Shown piece after piece: positions 26,301-43,775 of a DNA stretch of 64,000 nt. The stretch is from assembly GCF_021028975.2 (NCBI RefSeq), contig NC_059432.1, forward strand, positions 64,852,001 to 64,916,000. The letters are read 5' to 3'. Each line of letters opens with the position of its first letter. The stretch's first letter is position 1. The translations under genes were made by a program, and so were the position numbers. The DNA is from Sphaerodactylus townsendi. Its lineage: Eukaryota. Below the pieces are notes generated by a model. It saw only the letters and a list, made by a program, of their open reading frames with translations. It was not told the origin of the DNA and ran no database searches.

Positions 26301-27591
26301 CAGGCACCACTGTAAGATACTTTTCCTATTCAGACGATGCAGAAGAATATAATTTATTCATACTGAAGAAAAAAGTGAAACACTAATATTATATGATACA
26401 AATTTCTTGAATTCCTTTGCTTCCATCCAGATAACATTGGTGATTAGAAATTCTTTGCACTGGTGGTGGTCAACAAGGCATCATATCACAGAATTACACA
26501 ACAGATTTATTATAGTGCATATTTGGGGCAGAGGCAGCCCATGGCTCTATGACAGAGCATGATTTATGAATGGAAAGCATCTGGACAGGACAGTTAATGG
26601 ATTTCAGGCAGCAGCAACTGAGAAAGATCTCTCAGCTCCAGAGACCCTGGTCAGCCACTGTCAATCAGAGTAGACAGTACTGTGCTAGATGGTTCAATGG
26701 TCTGACATGGAATCTATTCATTGCATTTGCAAAGATCAGTGGGCCCAGTGCTGAATTTACCTATGGGCTTTACAGGCTGAAGCCTAGGGCCTCAAAATCT
26801 AACAGTGTATAATATATTTGACACTGTCATGGGCCTTTCTTACACATGCTGTGTAGTCTCTAAACAAACCTTCAGTAATTTTCCATGCACTCAAGTTCAG
26901 AATAAAACTGTCTAAAGCCGATAACTCGACACTAGCATTGATTTCTGTAGCGATGTTGTCTTTCCAGGACTTCACTGAAGTGTACCCCATTTTGGGAGAA
27001 GGCCTCTTCATGTTTTCCTTTCTGATAACTGTTGAAGAATAATTTTACTTTTTATTTTCAGATTCTAATCTGAATATGAACGAAAGATTTGTAAGGGGGG
27101 AGGGGTCTGGGAGGAGCCTCAGAAGTGGAATAGCTGCCTTAGGGGTATCCCTTCATCTGAAACCGGCACTGGTTGGGGGACGGCGCAGCAATTTCGGCGT
27201 GCTGATTCTCCAACCACAAAGCCTTCCTGCACCGGTGACATCACAGCGGCTGAAGGTCACATTGTCCTTCGCGTGCGCTCCGTGAGCGCCGTGCCCGAAG
27301 AAGCGGTCAAACTCTTACTCTTCAACGCACGCGCGAATCCTTCGCCGGTTCTTCCAGCGCACGTACCCACTCTCACTGTGGACCGCTACGAGGCATTAAG
27401 GGCATGCGCATTAAGCAAGGTTTCGCGCCCGGCGGGAGGTGTTCAGAAGCTGCGGACGCCTGCGTGGTGAAATCGTGGGAGGGCTGCGCTTTCGACGCAT
27501 GCGCTTTGAGGCGGAACTCCCTCTGTCCTCTTAGCGCGGTGAGAAAGCTGCATCTCCCCCTCTGTCTCTTCTGATCTGAGTCGTTTCCGGC

Positions 27592-31806
<4,215 letters not shown>

Positions 31807-32565
31807 GGGAGGGGTAGGCAATTAGTAGAAGATCCCTCTCCTTAATCCCTTTCCTTCCCAGCACACACCTGCCACAGCCTGAGGGATGGGGTTCAAAGAG
31901 CCAAAGGAGGTAAAGCTCATATCCTTTCCTCTAGGACCAATTTCCTTCCATGTTCATTCCTCCCCAGTAGATTCTGGAGAGATAACCATAGGGATGTGGT
32001 CCAGCAGGGGCTCTGAAATTGCTCTGGAATAAGGTTCCCAAAGTGAAGATGGTAGGGACCTCTGGCATTTCCAGGACAGTTTCCCCCCTTCGTTCCATTT
32101 CATGCAGCAGCTGTCATTAAAAATCACTTTAAGTGTTGTTTGACTTGCTTTGGCCATTCACAACTATGATTTTAAGTGTAGGGGTGCTTCAGAGCAGAGT
32201 GGGGATGGAAGCACCACTCTCACGTTGGAGCTTTGGCTTATGACATTGAAGGGCCACAGCCCATTTTGAATTGTCCCTGAAAGTATATTTGGTCCGGCGT
32301 TAAGTAACAATTGCCAACTCATAGTCTGTTGCCATCAAACAGTTAGAAAGGGATCAGGCTAGGAAAGGGAAACGCACTCACCCTGGAATCTTCAGATGTA
32401 GTCCCATAATCTTGCTATATAGTGCCAGTAAGCCCAGATACTGTGTATCATTCTGTATTGCTTGTCAGCCCCACAATCTCTGTGGTATCCCAGCCTGTCA
32501 TAGGGCGGGTCTACACTGGAGTTCACGTCTCTGTACAATGGCTGAATTTGCTCTAGTCTCAGTAA

Positions 32566-32571
32566 AATAAA
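32566..32571 (+). other. Probable PGAM1 polyadenylation signal
   Basis: AATAAA ~760 nt after the stop codon, followed by a GT-rich tract (tgtgtctgtgtc). Confidence 0.65.
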
Positions 32572-33244
32572 GGAATTATGTGCAATATCTGCTGTGTCTG
32601 TGTCACTTGAAGGGGGAAGACAGCCTTTATCATACCAATGAAAATATCTGACAGATCGTCAATGGCCAGATACCATAAGCACTATCAGTTTACAGCTCAA
32701 GCATCAAAGGTTTAGGGGCAGAGAGCTGTAATGCAACTGAAATGTCTTGGTGACACCTGCCCTCCCACTGGGAGACTTTCCTGTCCCCTCTGCTAATTAG
32801 TTGGTGGGTCATTGTATTTACACCAAAAGAAGACAACCTACTTAATGTTACACACAAAAAATACCGGACATCACTTGTATGCAAATGTAAGATGGCTTCT
32901 TTTTTGATGGCATACCTATGAAAAAATACTTGCACTTGGGTAGATATACCTAAGTTAGCGTACTAGTTACCTTTCCTCTGTTAAACACAGATCATGCTAC
33001 TGGGAGGAAGAACATACTGTTACTTAAAAGTTTGATATTTATATTAATCACTAAATACCATTCCATATTCTCTCAGCTCAAAAGCCTTCTAGCATAAAAA
33101 CAACTTCAGCTTAGTCTAGGAGACCTAAAAGATAGAACTATACTTGCCTTTACAAGAAGTCCCAGAATTTAGGGGCAGCAGATGAAACTACCCTTCTTGG
33201 ATATTGATGAGTCTTACCAGGTAAGGCTAAATTATGCAAGAAGG

Positions 33245-33577
33245 CAGAGCTGTAGCTAGACCAGAGTGCGCCCGGTGCACACTCTGGCTTTTGCCCCCCC
33301 CCCTGCACCCCCCCCCCCACTTACTTTTAGGAAAGGAGAAGGCCGGAAGCCTGCCTGCGTTGCCTGGGCCTGGTGGGAACCACATTTCCCAGGAGCCCCT
33401 GGGAAATGTAGTTCTCACCAGACGCAGGCAGGCTCCTGACCTGCTCCATTCCTAAAAGTAAGTGGGGTGGTGCACCGCAGGGGGGGAGGGGAGGGGGATT
33501 TTTCCTCCACCCCCACGTGACTAGAAATGGTGCGCCCGGTGCGTCGTGCCCCCTTCCCCCTGGTGGCTTCGCCTCTG
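33245..33577. mobile_element. 333-bp GC-rich non-autonomous hAT element between PGAM1 and EXOSC1
   Basis: Imperfect TIR cagagctgtagcta / tggcttcgcctctg; 8-bp TSD caagaagg (33237-33244 and 33578-33585); nested internal inverted repeats. Confidence 0.82.
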
Positions 33578-35377
33578 CAAGAAGGCACTGTTTTAGGCTG
33601 TAAACAAACTTTGGTTAGTACAACCAGTTCCACTTTTTTCTCTGAGGTCACCAGCTGTCTATCTCCAAAGATGACTGCTATGGTATCTTGGCTGTTAAAG
33701 GTGGAACTGTAACTACTACAGGATTTTGTTTTGCAAAAGCCCTAACTGCTTCTGGACTATAAAATTGCTTAGTCTTGCTAATAATGACATGCTGTGGTTT
33801 AGGAAAAGCCTCTTGTTCTGATTATGCTTTTCTATCTTGGGTTGTACCCAAGTGCAAAAGGGTTGTTACAACCTAGGTAGGAAAGGGCACTGTATACTGT
33901 GATGGTATTACAGATTTAAAACTATAGAGAACTGTTGCAGTTGTGTAACAGAGTAATTTAGAATAATTGAATATGCCTCTGTCGAGTTAATATCCAAATA
34001 ATCTCATATAACCCCTCCTCAATCTGGAATGCAGGAAACTGGTATTAGTTGAAAAGTGCTAATGAGCTGGTAATGTATCAGTCCATTCTCTTTCCTTGGT
34101 GATGTGGCAAAGCTCCTCCATGAGTAATATATTTCCCTTCTCCATGAGTAATATAAGGTAGCGAAGATCCAGCACAGTAATAAATGCCATAAGCTTTGCC
34201 CCCCTCTCTGCTGCTAATGAAAATCTATCGCAAGTATTACAATAGAGTGACAAAGTAGCTGACTGAACTGTCACTGAATGTGAAATGCAAATAAGGAAAA
34301 TTGGGGCAGTTCCTGTGATGGCTTCCTAATCATCCCACATTAGCTCTATTCCCAAGCAGGCTGTACCCCTACCACCCAATAATCCACTCACTGCACAAGC
34401 ATGGCGTAGCAGGCCCTAATACTGCAGGTGTCTAGGGCAATCACATGCAGCAGCTCTTTGGAGACACTATCCTGCTCAGTGCTTCACATGGGAATCTCAA
34501 GAGACAAGATCAAGTTCTCCCAGAATGACTCCTTGGGTTATCTTGTTTACAGACAACATTCCAGCACAGTAGACTGAAGGGTCATTGTCTCCACAGGAAG
34601 ATTTCATGCACCTGCTTGATACCATGAAAACACAGTAGAAGAGTTAGACTCCTCACTTGATGAGCAAGTCATTGAAGGTAGTACAGACAGGTGATTCTCC
34701 TGTTACGCCTGGGAATCAAGGTCCTAGGAGAGTTCACAGATATCAGTTCCAAAGCCTCCACTGTTATCCAGATCTAGAGACAGAACCTGTCAGACAGTCT
34801 TGCCCAACATCAAACCTTTGGAAAACTATGCAAACAGTCAGCTACTACCTTCCTTGGCTGATTTTCTCGGATGCAATTCTGGTCCAGGAACAACTGCAGT
34901 AGGAAATTGGAATTACAACAAAGATTCTGAACATTATAACCCAAGTTGAAAGGCTAGGCTGATTAGGCACAATGTGCTTGCTGCGTGATGTCTGTTGCAG
35001 CAAGATTTCTTGTATGGACCTGTTTCCTCACTTTCTGGCCATCACTTGATGGCCAGAGTTAAGAGAACCAGGCCTGGAGAGCTCTGGCAGAAAAACTCTG
35101 GGGAAAGGAAGGAGTGCCTCTTCATGTGTAAACAGAAAATGCAAGAAGAGCCCACTGCACAGAGAATAGTCCCAAGGTAAGCATTCCATGTGTAATGGAC
35201 CCTAGAGTACCTGTGCTGAACTTTTGGAGAGATCTTCATATATTTCCTGAGATAAAACATTTACAGCTAAAGGAAAGACATACATAAGCAGCCATATCTC
35301 TTTACATTGCTATGCTTCCAGGAATTACTAAGGCCATAAAATTTCAGCCAAGAAAGCATAGACATAGTTGGGAAGAG

Positions 35378-35383
35378 TTTATT
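35378..35383 (-). other. Probable EXOSC1 polyadenylation signal
   Basis: AATAAA on the minus strand ~235 nt after the stop codon. Confidence 0.55.
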
Positions 35384-35618
35384 GACTTATAAAATAATAC
35401 AATTGGGACAAAAAATGGAGGAAAGAGAAGTAATTAAGATTCTTTTTTCCCCAGGCCATTCCAAAGGCAAAAATGAACACAGGGTTCCTGGGGCTTAGTT
35501 CTTTCTTAGAAAACTGCAGTAGCTCAGTGGACTCTTTTTCTTTTTAGTGTCCTTCATCTCTCCATCCTGAGTTAAAAGTCTTCTCAGTACCTGTTGTACC
35601 TCTTGGGGTATGTACCAT

Positions 35619-38600
35619 TTAGGTCTGTAGAAACTGAGGCTGCACCCGGGCTACTTTGCGCAGTTCTTTGGCATGTGTACTGGGGCACTGCATTTCACAC
35701 CAGCTGATTGGCACCATCTGTACTCCTGAGATACGAACAAGAGTCAGTAACTATCCAGTTCATAATAGGTTTGTAATAGAAAAAAGGAGTTTAGATTTAT
35801 ATCCTACCTTTCTCTCCTGTAAGGAGACTCAAGGTGGCTTACAAGCTCATTTTCCTTAATTCTCCCCACAACAGATACTTTGTGAGGTAGGTGGGACTGA
35901 GAGAGTTCCGAAGGACTGTGACTAGCCCAAGGTCATCCAGCAGAAATGTAGGAGTACGGAAACACATCTGGTTCACCAGGTAAGCCTCTGCCACTCTGGT
36001 GGAGGAGTGGGGAATCAAACCCGGTTCTCCAGATTAGAATCCACCTGCTCTTAACCACTATACCATGCTGGCTCTCATATATACCTCTCCTGCAAAAGCA
36101 AGAGTCTTCTACCATTGAATATGTCCTGTGACCAATTCCTTCCACAGCTCATGCTACCTTGGAGGAAATCTGGCTGTTTTTGCTTCTGACAGGCTCTCAA
36201 AACAATGCTCTGTCTCATTATCAGAAGGGAAGTTTCTTCTTTGCACTTCATATTATTCTGCTCTTCCTATCAATGCTATTTTCATGTTATTGGGGCACAC
36301 AGTACTTTCTCCTTAGCCATAAGTTCGAAAAGTTGTGACCTGGAAGATGCCACCAAGTGCAATATTTTTCGCTATTTACTTAGAATGAAAATGTTCTTAC
36401 CTGCTTCACTATGAGCCACCACTACACCCAGCTCATTCTCTGCTGTGGTCAGCAGGTAGTTGGATTGTACATCCCCCAATGAGATCTAGTTCCACAGGGT
36501 AGGTTAAAGAAAATTACTTTAAAGTTTCCACTCCAGCTAAGACTTATACATTCCTTATCTGTGCACTTAAGAAATAACAGAAAAAGGATACAACTTTGGC
36601 CAGAACGATGTCACCTGGGCGGAAACTCTTGTAAACCTCCACCTGCCAGTGTGTGGGGAAAAAAGACAGAAAGTAAACGAAGTTTCACAACTACTTCAAG
36701 GAGCTGATGTTACAAAAAAAGTAAACAGAAGCAAGGCTATACTGTACATGAAGAAACATTTCAAATACATTCATGTGATCTTTGCTAGGATACTTTCAAG
36801 AGAAGCACACCTGAATGGCTTATTCCACAGGATTTGGGTTTTTATTAAGAAATTATCCAAACTTCAAAAATCATTCAGGGTAAAGGGGGGGGGGTTAGTT
36901 TTAATAGATTAATAAAGCATGTATTAGCACCCACAAGACTCTGTCAGCATTGGTGTGCTCATCACATCCTGTAAACTGAGATGCTTATTCCACTGACCTT
37001 GTCTTTCTCTGTAGCTCGGATATCTTCTCTCCTGTAAAGAGAGACATTGAGACCTTATCCTTGCGGTGCCCTTTGCTGTACAACTCTATAAGTGAACTGA
37101 GTGTAATGTGATTAGCTTGCTTTAGCATAACAGTTATCTGTCAAACTTGCTCTGTAATAAGTAAACCAGTAATCCCTGATGTGGTGTGCATGGGCAACAT
37201 GCTGCCCTCCTTTGCGGGCACCCATTTTTTTCTTCTCCAGAACAAAGGGCCAGTCCTAGCAGGAAGTGTGGCAGAAGAAGAAGAAGAAGAAGAGTTTGGA
37301 TTTATATCCCCCCTTTCTCTCCTGCAGGAGACTCAAAGGGGCTGACAATCTCCTTGCCCTTCCCCCCTCACAACAAACACCCTGTGAGGTAGGTGGGGCT
37401 GAGAGAGCTCCGAGAAGCTGTGACTAGCCCAAGGTCACCCAGCTGGCGTGTGTGGGAGTGCCCAGGCTAATCTGAATTCCCCAGATCAGCCTCCACAGCT
37501 CAGGCGGCAGAGCTGGGAATCAAACCCGGTTCCTCCAGATTAGATACACGAGCTCTTAACCTCCTACGCCATTGCCTGTTTCCATCATAGCAGGATGCTT
37601 GGGTTGGGGCCTCTCAAAATTCTGTCATAGACCCTAGCCTTCAAGGCAGCCATTTTGGGCTGGAATCTTCTGTTTTCAAAATGTCAAAAATGCCTACAGG
37701 TTCAGCAATTTTAGGAACTCCTGAAGTAAACTATTAACAGCCGGCACATACTTAAAATAAAAAATCACTGATTCCTTAATGTTCACCAGCACTCAAATGC
37801 AAACAATGAGAATTAAATATGGCATTTATAGAAGATGAGACCAAATTCTCCCTTGTCAATAGCTCTTCCTACCGTATTGTTCCACGGAATGGGGATTTCA
37901 GTGGTGTAGAACTGACGTACAAGATGTGTACCTTTGCAAAACGTGAATTAATGCTGCAAACCTGGAAAGAAGGTGGGAGGAAGGCTGTTCACTATGAATT
38001 TCAGATTAAGTAAATCCAAAATAATCAACTCAGGACATGACTCTGTAGAAGGAAGACATGCCAGTGTGCCCTATCTCACTGCTTACCGCCTTATTTCCAC
38101 TTCTTCCTGTTCCCACTCCCTATATCCTGAGGACGGATGTCTGCCAAGACCCACTCAGCCTATCGGAGAAGGAACTCAGGAGCTCATGAAAATAGTCTGA
38201 AAGGCTTTGTAGGAATAGAATACAACAAAGGAGACAACACTGCCCATATGCAGCAATCAGGTTTGCAGCCCTCAAGATTTATGAGCCTATACCTGGTCTC
38301 AATGAAAGATAAAAATGCGGCCGTGTGTGGTGTAGCGGAAGTGAACATCACATCCTCTCGCAATTCAAAAAAGTCCTGATTTTCTGTTAGCATTTCAAAA
38401 GCTGAAGCTGACATAAAACGATGGGTACAGTTATAAGAAAAAAGCAAGTACTACAAATAGTCTTCGGATGTATTAAAAATGCTCCTTTAAAAAAGTAACA
38501 AGTTTAATGGTGCATAGAATAAAGGTTTTGACACAAGCAGAGCTTAAAATAGCTTTTTAAATGCTACTGCAGAATCGGGATGGTGCGGGCGGGGGACTGA

Positions 38601-40674
38601 ACTGGGCAGGCACTAGGACCACAGAGGTGCATTCAACTGCACAGAAGGTCTAGGAAATGGCTGCAGATTAATTCAGCATTGAGTTTCTATCTTTCATTGA
38701 GACAAGGTATAGCCTGTTTACTTCTTGGCTCATCAGTAACCAAGTTAAGAACAATTCTATTTTGTCCCGCAAGATCTGCCAGGATTACCTTGCATGTCAC
38801 TGTGGCTCCCACATCAGGTAGAAGTTGAGAATCTGCATCCCTCATTACACAGACCACTGGCAGCTGCGAAAAGCACAGAAAACTGGTATATCATCCCCTG
38901 GTTGCACTGAATCAGGCTGTCTGCTGGCACAATAAGCCAACTGCGTCTTTGATCTCCTCTGGATTTCCAGAAGATCACACACTGATTATTGTCTCACTGA
39001 CATCATCAAACCATGTAGCATATCCAACCCAACTGCTACCAATTTGCTTTATATTTACCATGCCATTCTCACTTTTCTTAATGAAACAACCTGCCAAAGA
39101 GGAAAATATAGAGCCATGACGGGTGTAGGTACCACTGCCAGGGGTTCCTTCCTCTAGGCTGCAGAGTCTCTCACCTGTGGAATACAATATAAAGGTGAAG
39201 TCAGTGCTAAGGCCCCAAGTCTGCCTGCCTGAGATAGCCTGTGTGCCCAGGCCCTTCCACATAGTACCTGGCAAAATGTTTTAATGTGTTAGAAAAATCA
39301 GCAGCAGCAGCATTGTGAAGTCTGGCCAATCCAGTGTTCCTCACCCAGTTTGTATGACTTCATAAACTAAGGCTACAATAAATGAAACAGGTAAAGATGG
39401 TGCCGTAGTGGAAGCAGGACCAGCCTGAGTATCTTAAACCTAGGAAGGGTACAGTGGAGTTAGTTGGTTGTTGTGGGTTTTCCGGGCTGTGTGGCCATGG
39501 TCTGACAGATCTTGTTCCTAACATTTCGCCTGCATCTGTGGCTGCCTTCTTCAGAGGTGTATCACAGAGGGAAGTCTGTTACACACTTGAGTTAGTGTAC
39601 ATGTTCAAATACATCAGAGGAAGATGTTTGTAAAGTGCCATTTCTCACACTCCAGACAAGGAAAGACTTCTCATTACTAAGAAAATGTCCAAAAGCATCT
39701 ATACTCCCTTAATTGATCTTTTGCTGATCTTCCTCCTCTGAGGTCTCAGGAGGGAAGAGGTAGAGGAAGAAGGATCACACCCACCATCTATGGGAGAAGC
39801 CAGAGCAGCTCCTGAACAAGATATCAAGTGATTTCATCAGGACTTCCAACAACTTTCACTCTACCAACTTGAGCAAGAATCATTCCATTCAATAGGTACA
39901 TTTTTTCTTTGCAATCCTTATACAACTATACAGATGACACATAAGCACTACTTTATATTGAAATTTCACTGTCTATCATGTGTGACTACATGTTTCTAAA
40001 AGAAAAAATAATCTGTTGTCTATAGCTAAGGACTGTATTACAATCCTATTCACTCCAACCATCAAACAGGAATTTGCACCACACATTCACGATACCTATT
40101 CAATAAAGTAAAGCAAAGCCAGACTGTTCCCAGAACTAGCCTACTATGCTACAGGCCCAAAGGAGAAATAATTGGCACAGCAATTATTGTCACCTACAGC
40201 TCACAACTTAAACCAGTCCAGGGCATCATCCTGGATAACAATATTCTCTCTCATAGGCCTTTGGGTGGCAGAGCTTTCCTTGCTGATTCAAAACAGCTTC
40301 TCATCAAGAACTACAGACTGTGTGACAGAAACTCAAATGTAGGAACCAAAACAAGCAGCAAACCTAGATGGCAGTTTTACCCCCACAAACATTCATGCAA
40401 TATCACAGCCATACTAATGAAGTTCAGAAACACGTGGTGGAACATATTACCTCCCAGGACATATTGTAGCCATTCTAAAGGTTACTGTTCTCCTTTAAAA
40501 TAATTTCACTGGAAGGATCTAAGGCCACAGTGATGAGCCATTCACAAATTCAAGGCAGTGTTCCTTCACACACAGTGAACAGGGAGCTTGAATGTCTCAT
40601 CTGCATAGCTCAACCTCCCCGCACCCCCCAGTCGCCATTCACCCACCAGGAACACAGTACCGCGCCGGGGCCAT
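35619..40674 (-). CDS. EXOSC1: Exosome component 1 (Csl4), 8 exons, 194 aa
   Basis: Exons 40647-40674, 39059-39174, 38789-38863, 37873-37961, 36998-37031, 36592-36642, 36401-36485, 35619-35725 (585 nt). Translation MAPARYCVPGERLCSLEEGTPGSGTYTRHG...SFRPGDIVLAKVISLGD...MVPISWCEMQCP...RKVARVQPQFLQT*. Confidence 0.97.
35778..36076 (-). mobile_element. Squam3-like SINE, EXOSC1 intron 7
   Basis: Reverse complement of the same SINE family. Confidence 0.85.
36486..36591 (-). other. U12-type (minor spliceosome) GT-AG intron, EXOSC1 intron 6
   Basis: Donor GTATCCTTTT; branch site TTCTTTAAC (36503-36511) ~18 nt from the acceptor AG; no strong polypyrimidine tract. Confidence 0.9.
37273..37571 (-). mobile_element. 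Squam3-like SINE, EXOSC1 intron 4
   Basis: (GAA)n tail on the + strand, followed by the family body and tRNA-like head. Confidence 0.88.
39465..39588 (-). mobile_element. Single Penelope-like pLTR fragment with a degenerate hammerhead, EXOSC1 intron 1
   Basis: Closely similar to the 63352-63604 arms; flanked by gagttagt (39457-39464 and 39589-39596). CTGAAGA core intact, but helix II and the GAAAC motif are mutated. Confidence 0.8.
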
Positions 40675-41300
40675 GCTGCCGCCGCCGCAGCTGCCAGGGA
40701 CGACGGAATCCGAGGCTGCAACGCCGACTTCCTCCCCGGGGCAGCCGTCTGCAACCACATCATTCGCTACTCCTGTTGTCACATGATCGCCCCCGCACGC
40801 TTTCGGGTTGGTTGGAGTCAATTGACACAGAGAAAAGTACTGCTAGAGGGGAAAAAGTGTGACCGGGGTCGAGCTATACTTGATGGGATTTGTAGTTCCG
40901 TCTGGGGGCGTGCATGCGCGTTGAGGCTTCGGTAAAGGCGACCGGGAGGAGAGCGATTTGGGAGGATGCGGTGACTGGAGAGTGGTCCGTCTTCTCATCC
41001 CAGGAATGGAGGCACCAGGTGAGAGAGGGGTCCTTCTCACGCTGGTTCCCTACGCTGCATGCTCGGGTAGGTTGCCTAAAGCCCGGCATGCTTTGGAAGA
41101 GACCGTCTTTCTCCCCACCCGCGGTACTCCCTTTCTCCATTGCTGGTAGCGGCACAGTCTGTTGTTAAGACCGTGCTGTCGCCCCCTCCTCTTCTTTTAA
41201 CATTTGTGTGGATGTTGTTGTGTGATGTGTTGTGGAATACAACTGGAGGTCGGTCCTTTTCGCTCCCGCGGAAGTTGCCGAGCTTATTCTGCTCTTCCTT
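40600..41300. promoter_or_regulatory. CpG-island bidirectional promoter, EXOSC1 / ZDHHC16
   Basis: CpG-rich; ZNF143/THAP11-type ACTACAAATCCCA (40884-40896, -); NRF1-like CGTGCATGCGCG (40909-40920); probable ZDHHC16 non-coding exon 1 donor CAG|GTGAGA at 41018/41019. Confidence 0.8.
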
Positions 41301-42743
41301 GACTATGCCTTCAGCGTCCGTGTTTCAATGGACCTCCTTTCAGTGCAAAGCTACGGTGCTTCTGGGTTTATAGACACACTTTCTCCAGTTCTCACAAGCC
41401 TCTGCAAAGGTTGGTGAAGGATTTGCCGCGTCTCTCCACCCCCTCCACCCCCATGCTATCCGGGTTGCCATGCCCACGAATCAGAATAGGGAAGCTGGGG
41501 TGGAATTACAACATGGGCTGACCTTGCTTTTATAGAGAATATTGTAACTAAAATATCCTCCAGGGGCGAGATCTCCTACTACAAAGTGCATTCTGATTTT
41601 CATCTTCGCAGGTCTGAAGAGCCTCTCTTTTATTAATGCTCTTGCCCTGGTGAAGATTTTCTGCGCTGCCATCTGCTAGAAGGATGATGCTGGGTTTTTT
41701 TAAAAAAATACCCGTAATCTGTGCCTAGGAATGATGCCAACTCTGCCCAGCTGGCAGAGAAAAGGTTGGACGAGTTAGTTGCTCTCAACAACAATGCCTG
41801 GTTGTACTATAATTTCTGTATGAACAGGCTAGTGGGGTTGGATGCTCAGTGTTCAGCTCCATGTGAGCCTGAGCTCTGAAACTGTGCTTCAGGATATTCT
41901 GCTGTAAGAAAGTGAGTGCATAATTATTGGTGTTAATGTAAGATACTCTCCTATTTTATGGTGAAATTTGGGGGGCAGGGCCTGGTGTATTGCCCATACA
42001 GGATTTTCACCACAAACAGCCAAAATCTATTGGAGTTTCTGTAATTTGAAAATTATCAGGCTCCAAACCAGTACAGCTCCACACTGACCCCTTTCTTCCA
42101 ATAAGGTGTGAATGTACTGGAGGTTTTTCATTAGTCCTTCCCAGCTTAACTTTGTACATTGCTACTACATGCCATTCTGGTGATTTAATTGCCTGCAGAA
42201 TCTCTTGGTCTTCTTTCGGATTATTTGTCCTTAAGATGAACCAATGAAAACTGTTAGGTTTGAGTTGACAGACTAATGAAAAGTATACTTCCTTTTGATA
42301 TCACAAGCAGGGACATAGGTATAGAGTTTTTATGGGGGGGCTCGGGGGTGTGGCCACACACCCACCCGCCCCTAGGGCATGGCCACGCCTTCCCAAGCTC
42401 CGCCCCTGCCCTAGCGCTTATAAAAGCAGCTCTCTCAGGTCGGGGATGGTAGACTCCCCTGCCCTGCCCTGCCCCTCCCCTCTGGGCAGAGGCATAGAGG
42501 GAAAATGGAGCCCAGTGCAAAAATCTGAGTTTTGCCCCCCCCCCCCCACCTGGGCAGCCGTTGTGATGCTGGAATCCACCCCCAAACAGCATCACTTTCA
42601 ATGGTGTTTAAACTTGAGAGCCCAAATTCTCCTTTTAAATCCACCTTAAAGGGAGAATCTGGGGTCCCTAGTTAAACAACGTTGAAAGTGATGCTGTTTT
42701 GGGGTGGATTATCCCCCACCCTGAAATAGCATCACTTTCAATG

Positions 42744-43030
42744 TGGCGTAGTGGTTAAGAGCAGGTGCATTCTAATCTGGAGGAACCGGGTTTGATTCCC
42801 TGCTCTGCCGCTTGAGCTGTGGAGGCTTATCTGGGGAATTCAGATTAGCCTGTGCACTCCCACACATGCCAGCTGGGTGACCTTGGGCTAGTCACAGCTT
42901 TTCGGAGCTCTCTCAGCCCCACCTACAGGGTGCTTGTTGTGAGGGAGCAAGGGCAAGGAGACTGAAAGCCCCTTTGAGTCTCTTACAGGAGAGAAAGGGG
43001 GGATATAAATCCAAACTCTTCTTCTTCTTC
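42744..43030 (+). mobile_element. Squam3-like SINE nested in the hAT element
   Basis: tggcgtagtggttaagagc...ggatataaatccaaac(tct)n; same family as 1101-1656. Confidence 0.88.
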
Positions 43031-43174
43031 TAAACTGAGAACCTCAGATTCTCCCTTTAAATCCATGCCGAAGGGGGTGGATTTAAAAGGAGTATCTGGG
43101 GAAATTTTGGGGTGCCTGCTGTCAGGGGTGCAATTGTTAAGCTAGAATCACCAAACTTTCAGAGTATCTTTAGG

Positions 43175-43775
43175 AGTCTCTCCTAATGATACCACCCAGG
43201 TTTGGTGAAGTTTGGTTCAGGGGGTCCAAAGTTATGGACCCTCAAGGGTGTAGTCCCCATCTCCTATTAGCTCCCATTGGAAACAATGGGGGATGGGGGC
43301 ACCCCCTTTGGGAGTCCATAGCTTTGGACTCCCTGCACCAAACTTCACAAAACCTGGGTGGTATCAATAAGAGACTATCTTGATAGTACATCCCAGGTTT
43401 GGTGAAATTTGGTTCAGGTTGTCCCAAGTTATGGACCCTCAAAGATGTAGCCTTAATCTTCTATTAGCTCCCATTGAAAACAATGGAGGATGGGGCACTC
43501 CCTTTGGGAATCCATAGCTTTGGACCCCCTGGACCAAACTTCACAAAACCTGGGTGGTATTAATAAGAGACTCTCCTGATAATACACCCCAGGTTTGGTA
43601 AAGTTTGGTTCAGGGGGTCCAAAGTTATGGACCCTCAAAGGTGTAGCCCCCATCTTCTATTAGCTCCTATTGGAAACAATGGAGGATGGGGGCACCCCCT
43701 TTGGGAGTCCATAACTTTGGACCCCCTGAACCAAACCTTACCAAACCCAGGTAGTATCATCAGGAGAGTCCCCCA
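43175..43775. repeat. Three ~196-bp tandem units, each an imperfect palindrome
   Basis: cccaggtttgg recurs at 43195, 43392 and 43588; each unit has ~60-bp inverted arms (gataccacccaggtttggtgaagtttgg... / ...ccaaacttcacaaaacctgggtggtatc). Confidence 0.9.

Noticed and set aside
42744-42810. tRNA gene
   Set aside because: The A and B boxes are the head of a multi-copy SINE; no complete cloverleaf is evident.
43175-43775. CRISPR-like or protein-coding repeat array
   Set aside because: Eukaryotic context; whole units repeat without unique spacers; the array lies inside a TSD-bounded transposon.
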